Assembly (NCBI GenBank): GCA_002104945.1
Contig: MCFH01000054.1
Span: forward strand, 62,001 to 126,000
Reading direction: 5' to 3'
Source: Piromyces finnis finn
Taxonomy: Eukaryota > Fungi > Neocallimastigomycota
DNA: 64,000 nt
Shown: positions 57,507 through 64,000 of the stretch, in pieces
Numbering within the stretch: position 1 is the stretch's first letter
Layout: the number at the start of each line of letters is the position of its first letter
Position numbers and translations under genes: made by a program
Notes under the pieces: model-generated
The model's database searches: none
The model's input: the letters and a program-made list of their open reading frames with translations, nothing else
Told to the model about the DNA's origin: nothing

Positions 57507-57611
57507 ACTAATACTAATACTAATACTAATACTAATACTAATACTAATACTAATACTAATACTAATACTAATACTAATACTAATACTAATACTAATACTA
57601 ATACTAATACT
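57507..57611. repeat. (AATACT)n hexanucleotide array
   Basis: Direct reading. Confidence 0.95.
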
Positions 57612-57799
57612 ACTAATAAGAATGTAAAAAAAGGGAAAAGAGAAATATTCCTTTTTTTTTTTTACATATTCTTTTAATTAATTATAATTTTAGAATATAA
57701 CAACCAAATATTTATAATAAAACTTTTATTTTTCAAGATTAAAAATAGTTACATAAAAAATGCACAAAATTAACTTTTATTAATACCTGATTTAGAAAA

Positions 57800-57833
<34 letters not shown>

Positions 57834-57985
57834 CAAACATCTTATATTTATTTATTATTTAATGAAAATTAACTAAAATAAAATACGTTTTTTATTTTTC
57901 TATAATGAATTTTTAATCATGAGATGAATGGATATATATGTATATTATAGTAACTTTTTTTTTTTTTTATATAAATATTTTCGTT

Positions 57986-59053
57986 TTATTGATTAATTAA
58001 AACCCATTCATTGGTATTGGTATTTGAAAAATAATCATGGAAAACACAATTAAGAAATTCGGTTAATCTTTGTTTTCTTATTTGTTCTTCGGATCCCATC
58101 ATATTTTCATAATCAAATATATTATTGTTAGAAACAGAGTTATCGAGAAGCCATTCATCATTACCAACACTTCCATTATTGATGGCGGATAAATAAGTTG
58201 TATTATTATGGGTATTATTTTGATTATTTGTCGTTGTGATATCGGAAGTGGTAGCCATACTATTATTGCTTTCTTTTTTATCTGAATGAATAATATTGTT
58301 AATGGATAATATAGATTTTAATTTTTTATTTGTATTATTGAATAATTCAGAATTTCGTTTATCTTTAGATAATTGTCTTTCCTTTTCATAGGCAATATAA
58401 TCATCATTATCACTAAGCTTCATGGTTTCAATATCAAAATCAACATCATTCCATTCCATCGCAGAATTTTGATGATGAGTATTTAAAGAAGAATGACTTT
58501 CCCTTTTTATACCTTCATTATTAGAACTTGAACTTGTATTGCCATTTAGATTAATATTGGTATTAGAATTGGATTTTGGAATTGAGGTAGTATGTAATGG
58601 AATATTTGAATTATTTGTTGTGGTGGTGGCGGTGGTGATATTACTTATGGGTATTTGAATATTAGCTTGAAGAAAAACCAATTTTACAATTTCAGAAAAA
58701 CGTAAATTAAATGAATTTCCAAGAGTATTATTTAAAGAGGTATAACTCTTATTTCTTTTAAAACTTTCACTATTAAAAGGGCGATGTTGTGTAATATTTT
58801 GTTTATTTGTATGATATAATGAATTGGGTAATTTACCAAAATTTATATTATGTTGATGTAATTGTAGATCTACATTTAATGTTCTAAAACAAATATGTAT
58901 TATGGAGGGTGGTGGAAAATAATAATATAATAAAATGAATTAGAAAAATATTTTATATTTACTATTTTTTTTTTCTTTACAATAGTTATTTAATTTAATT
59001 TTTAGAACCTTTATAAATTCAATTTTTTTTATATTTAAAAAAAAAAATAAATA

Positions 59054-59124
<71 letters not shown>

Positions 59125-61352
59125 ATACTGTCCTAAAAAGGGTGATTTTGAACATTTATAAATATTTTTCAATATGTTTAATACATCATTTTCTTTGACA
59201 TCAACTCCTTGAGTATGACATAAATACACAATGTCATAAAAAAGCATAGATAATCCTGTTAAAAATTCTTCAATTGTTTTTTCAGAATAACATAATGGTA
59301 AATAACTTTTAGATACAATAAAAGTTAATAATCAATAATCATAATGACATTGATTAATTATTATTAATAAAATTTATTATATATATATATATAATATTAA
59401 TATTATTATTGGTTCTACTAGTATTATTATGCAATGTAAATTATTTATTTTTTTTTTTTTTTTAAAAAAAGTGAATTTTTACCATATACAATTATAAAGA
59501 TGACATTCTACATAAGATCGTATTCCTTGATAATGTAAAGAAAAAGGTAATTTTATATCAAGGTAATAAGATAGTAATATAACATATTGTATAATGTATT
59601 CCAGCGTCGTATTAATATATTCATGGGAATAATCTATAGAAAGCAATTTATTTTTATGTAAATAAATTATATATATATATATTATATTTTAATTAACTTT
59701 TTTAAAGAAAAAATTAAAAAAAAATCATTTGATAATATAAAAATAATAGGGTATTAGAAAAAAAATTATAATTATATTATTTTTACTCCAAATTTCATTA
59801 ATAGAAGGAAATATATGTCCTAGGATAGTATAGGTATTTGAAATATTTTGATATTTTTTATCATCTAAATATTTATTTAATAAAATATTTTAAAGGTATT
59901 TTACATATATATACATAAATAGGTAAATAGATTAGGATAAATTTTTTATGTTTTAATATAAATTCATTTTTTCTAAAAGTTTTTATAAAAACGTTTTTAA
60001 AATTTTTTTTGACTTTACCTTGTTTCTTAAAATTACGATGATAAAGGTAAGAATTCTTCACACGAGGAGGTAGTACTTTTTGTGAAGTTTTCATTTTTAT
60101 AGAATTCTGATGGTCATCCGGATGATAGGGAGGTGTAATCTCTTCATAGAGATTAAAATTAGAATTATGATAAATGGTATTATTATTTAATTCAACTTCA
60201 GTTTCAAAAGTATTACCAAATATTTTTGAGGTGGTATCATAAAGAACTTGACTAATGGAATTATTTAAAAATGAAGATTTATTACTACCAGAAGAAGGTA
60301 TATTATTGGCGTTAAAAGTGTTTGAATAATGACTTCCGCTATGAGATAATCCTGTTATTTTTTTTAATTTAAAGATATTTGATAATTCTTCGATCAATAT
60401 TTGACGAGCACACATTAATTTATTATTAAGATATTCAAAAGATTTTAAATAGGTAGTATTGATATGTTTTTTCATATGATCACTACTTTCTAGAATGGAA
60501 TAATCAAATGTTTCTAATTCCTGTATTTTTTCATTTTCTTCTTTTTCCTCTTCCTTTTTATCGTTTATTCCCTCCTTTATTTTTTTATTTGTTATATCAT
60601 TGGTATTCTTTTCATTTTTTTTATTAGTATCATCATCATCATTATTAATATTGTTTGATAAATTATCTGGTTTTGTTGTTGTTTGAGAATAGTTTTCCAG
60701 TTTTATTTTAAAATTTTCATTTAAATCCAACAAAGCTTGTCTTTTTGATTCAATTTCTTTTCTTTTTTTATTAATATCTTCCTTTTCTTTTTATACGTAT
60801 ATAGAGCATAAATAAATAAGTAAATAAATTCATTTATATATTGATAGATAAAAAATATATATTAAATAAATATGGAAAAAAGAAAAAAGTACTTTTTTGA
60901 ATTAATAGTTGTTTTTCCTGAATTTGAAGTTCATAATCATTTATTTTATTTTCTAAATTATTTTTTATTGTTTGATAGGGTTTACTAGTTTTTTCTAATT
61001 TTTTGATATTATCTACAATTTTTTTCATATTTAAATCATACTGGTGTATTTCAGACTTGTATAAATTAAAACTATATAAAATGAAAGGAAAAAAAAATGA
61101 TATCATGTATTATGAAAAAAAAAAAATATTTTTTATATGAATAATGTATATAATAAATAGGAAAAAAGAAAAGAAAAAAAACATTAATGTGTTATTATTA
61201 TTATTATATATTTTTTCTTTTTGTATTTTTTTCCTTTTATAAATATTTCAAATAAAGTGAAAAGAGACCTACGTTTTATTTACACATTTTGAACAATGAA
61301 ATTCTAAATTATGAATTTTACAAACTTGACAATATATTTTATTTTTATCCAT
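57986..61352 (-). CDS. ATG14: Atg14/UVRAG-family class III PI3K complex subunit (Atg14-like), multi-exon
   Basis: N-terminal CQVC...CSKC double-cysteine motif, long coiled coil, helical middle region, C-terminal NEWVLINQ* resembling the Atg14 terminal amphipathic motif. Confidence 0.75.
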
Positions 61353-61760
61353 TATTCCTTTCTTTATTTATTCATTTTAAATAGTATATATGTTAAAAAA
61401 ATGATATTAATTCCAGTAAATATAATTATATTCAAGTTATCATAATAAAAATTATATTCTCTTTCTCATCTTCTTTAATTTGTATAAAAAAAAAAAAGAA
61501 AAAGAAAAAAAGTAGTAATGTGGTAATAATAAAAATTTTAAACCATAAACAAAAAATTTAATTTAAAATTAATTAATTTCCTTATTAAAAAAATGTCAAA
61601 AATTCAATTATTAAAAAATTTATTAAAATTAAAATTTATAAAAAAAAAATAAAAAATTTTTTTAACATGATGGAATATACAACAACAACAACAACGAGCC
61701 AAAAGTAATAGAATTAGCTTTAATATTCAACAATAACAATTAGAATAACAATAACAACAG

Positions 61761-62052
61761 TAATACTAATACTAATACTAATACTAATACTAATACTAAT
61801 ACTAATACTAATACTAATACTAATACTAATACTAATACTAATACTAATACTAATACTAATACTAATACTAATACTAATACTAATACTAATACTAATACTA
61901 ATACTAATACTAATACTAATACTAATACTAATACTAATACTAATACTAATACTAATACTAATACTAATACTAATACTAATACTAATACTAATACTAATAC
62001 TAATACTAATACTAATACTAATACTAATACTAATACTAATACTAATACTAAT
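61761..62052. repeat. (AATACT)n hexanucleotide array (~290 bp)
   Basis: Direct reading; source of the (VL)n ORF. Confidence 0.95.
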
Positions 62053-62429
62053 AAAGTTTTTATAATAATACCAACAATAACAACAACCAATAAAAGAGCA
62101 ATAATAATGAAAATTTATTAAAGAATACTATATTTTTTTATTAATACTGTTTCTCTAACTGATTATAAAAGTTGTTAATATTTTATTATTATTTTTATTA
62201 CTATAAAATGTTTTTTACTGAATATATAATCTAAAAAAAAAAAAAAAAAATGAATGATTGAATAAACTTAAAAATATTTACATTTAAATATTTTAAAAAA
62301 AAATAATTATAAAATATATAAACAGAAAGGTGAAAAAAAAAGATTATTAAATAGTATATACTATTTTCAATATATATATATTAATTATAATGAATACATT
62401 ATGAGAGAGAGGTATGTGTCATTGATTAT

Positions 62430-63820
62430 TTAATGATTTATAATATTGAATAAAGCTTCTTTAGCATTTTCTTCACCTGTCATAACACCTTCAGTAACAC
62501 CAGTATGTGAAAAGCCTTCAGCGATGTATAGGTCAACAGAAGTATTACCAACTCTTTGCATTTGCTCGTATAAACCAAGAGCAATAGATTTAGGAACTGT
62601 TTGATCTTCCGAAAAATGGACAATAGTAAAATGCTCAGCACCAAGATAATTAATAGAATGATCAGAATATTCCTTTAAAATATCTGTTGGACATGATTGT
62701 TCTGAACCTAAAATGAAAGAAGCAAAAGCTTCAAATTTACTATTTTCAACGGATTCCCCCATTACTCTAGTGTGATAGGAATAAGCATCAAAATCAAATG
62801 GGCCACCTAATAAAATAGCTTTTTTAATTGGAGGATAGTGTTGAGTAATAGAATTAACACCGATACCTTTTAATCCAAGAGTAGATTTAAAAAGACCCAA
62901 AGCAGTAAGGTGAGCACCAGAGGAATGACCAATAACAATGATATTTTGATTATCTCCACCATATTTATCAATGTTATTGTATATCCAAGCTAGTGAATTA
63001 CCAATATCATAAACCATATCATCCAAATGACCAAATGGGAATTGAACATAATTTGGAATGACACCAACATAGCCTAGTTCATTTAAGAATTCACCAAGTT
63101 TTGAATATAATGTCTTTTCCCCTTTTTTTTTTTTTTTTCAATATTATTATTATAATCAAAGATTTTTTATTATTATAGATATTATGATAGAATAAAAAAA
63201 AAAAAAAGAATATTAGATAATATTTAATTATTATGTTCTATATTTAAATATTAAATTTTTATAAATTTTATTTCTAAAATAATTTTATCTATTAAATTAC
63301 TATCATATAGCCAATCTATATTTATAATGAAAGAGTGATATTAAAAAATCTTTAAAAAAATTTTTTAATTCTTATCTATTCTTACCTAAAAACCAAATAC
63401 CACCATAAATGTAAACAACTACCGGCTTTTTATTATAACTGTCATCTTTATTATAATAGATATCCATACATTTTGAATCGTCATAACATACATTACGCCT
63501 TTAGTACAAATAAAAAAAAAAAAAAAAATTAAATTGATTTTATATAAAATGAAATTTTTAGATTTTATTATTAGTAATTTTTTTTTTTTTATTAAAATTT
63601 TATATATTTTTTTTTTCACAACACTAGTCTCATTTAACAAATTAACAAAATATATATATATATTCAAAATTTTATAGTATACTTACTCTATATCATGAGA
63701 AAAAACGTAATTTCCAAGAGAAGAAACATAGGAACCAATTCCTCCAATTGGGCTACATGTAACTGTACCCCAACAGGCAATAATAACTAAAAAAAGACTT
63801 TGTATATTTAATAATTTCAT
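62430..63820 (-). CDS. Predicted secreted alpha/beta-hydrolase (HSL-like/BD-FAE-like esterase), 3 exons
   Basis: Hydrophobic N-terminus MKLLNIQSLFLVIIACWGTVTCSP; KKPVVVYIYGGIW; nucleophile elbow GHSSGAH; EDQTVP (Asp) and FSHT (His). Confidence 0.85.
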
Positions 63821-64000
63821 TGATATATATAAATATATATATATTCCTTGATATTTTTATTATTAATTTTATTTTATCTTTGTTATTTTATTATTCTTTT
63901 TCTTCCTATTATTTAGTATTATCAATATTTAAAAATAAATAATGTATAAGGTTTTTTTTAAAAGATTACTTTTTTTAAAAAAAAAAAAAAAAAAAAGAAA

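Overview
Extremely AT-rich, intron-dense eukaryotic genomic DNA using the standard code and GT-AG introns. The gene content (Cwc2, a Vrl1-type VPS9 protein, a GH18 chitinase, an organellar ferredoxin) and the composition point to an anaerobic gut fungus (Neocallimastigomycota); this is inference. By manual splicing I reconstruct 15 protein-coding genes: a GCKIII/STE20 kinase, LSM6, TPT1, a [2Fe-2S] ferredoxin, a large Ulp1-fold protein, two intronless orphan paralogues, an F-box/LRR-like protein, an NT-C2 protein, a VPS9-ankyrin-PX protein, deoC, CWC2, an ankyrin protein, a GH18 chitinase, ATG14 and a secreted alpha/beta-hydrolase. The duplicated 66-aa ORF in the track (8571, 10825) is not a protein: both copies are U3 snoRNA genes with a conserved CCAAT/ACTCATT/TATA promoter. 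A 5'-truncated LINE with poly(A) and a 16-bp TSD sits between them, and a longer decayed copy of the same LINE lies at about 20.2-21.7 kb. The most notable unexplained items are the orphan paralogue pair (22.4-27.2 kb), a probable Ulp1 pseudo-protease, a 4-nt microexon in the ferredoxin gene, and two bacterial-type enzymes (deoC, ChiA1-like chitinase) that are horizontal-transfer candidates. All exon structures and family assignments are by eye and from recalled motifs; no searches were run.
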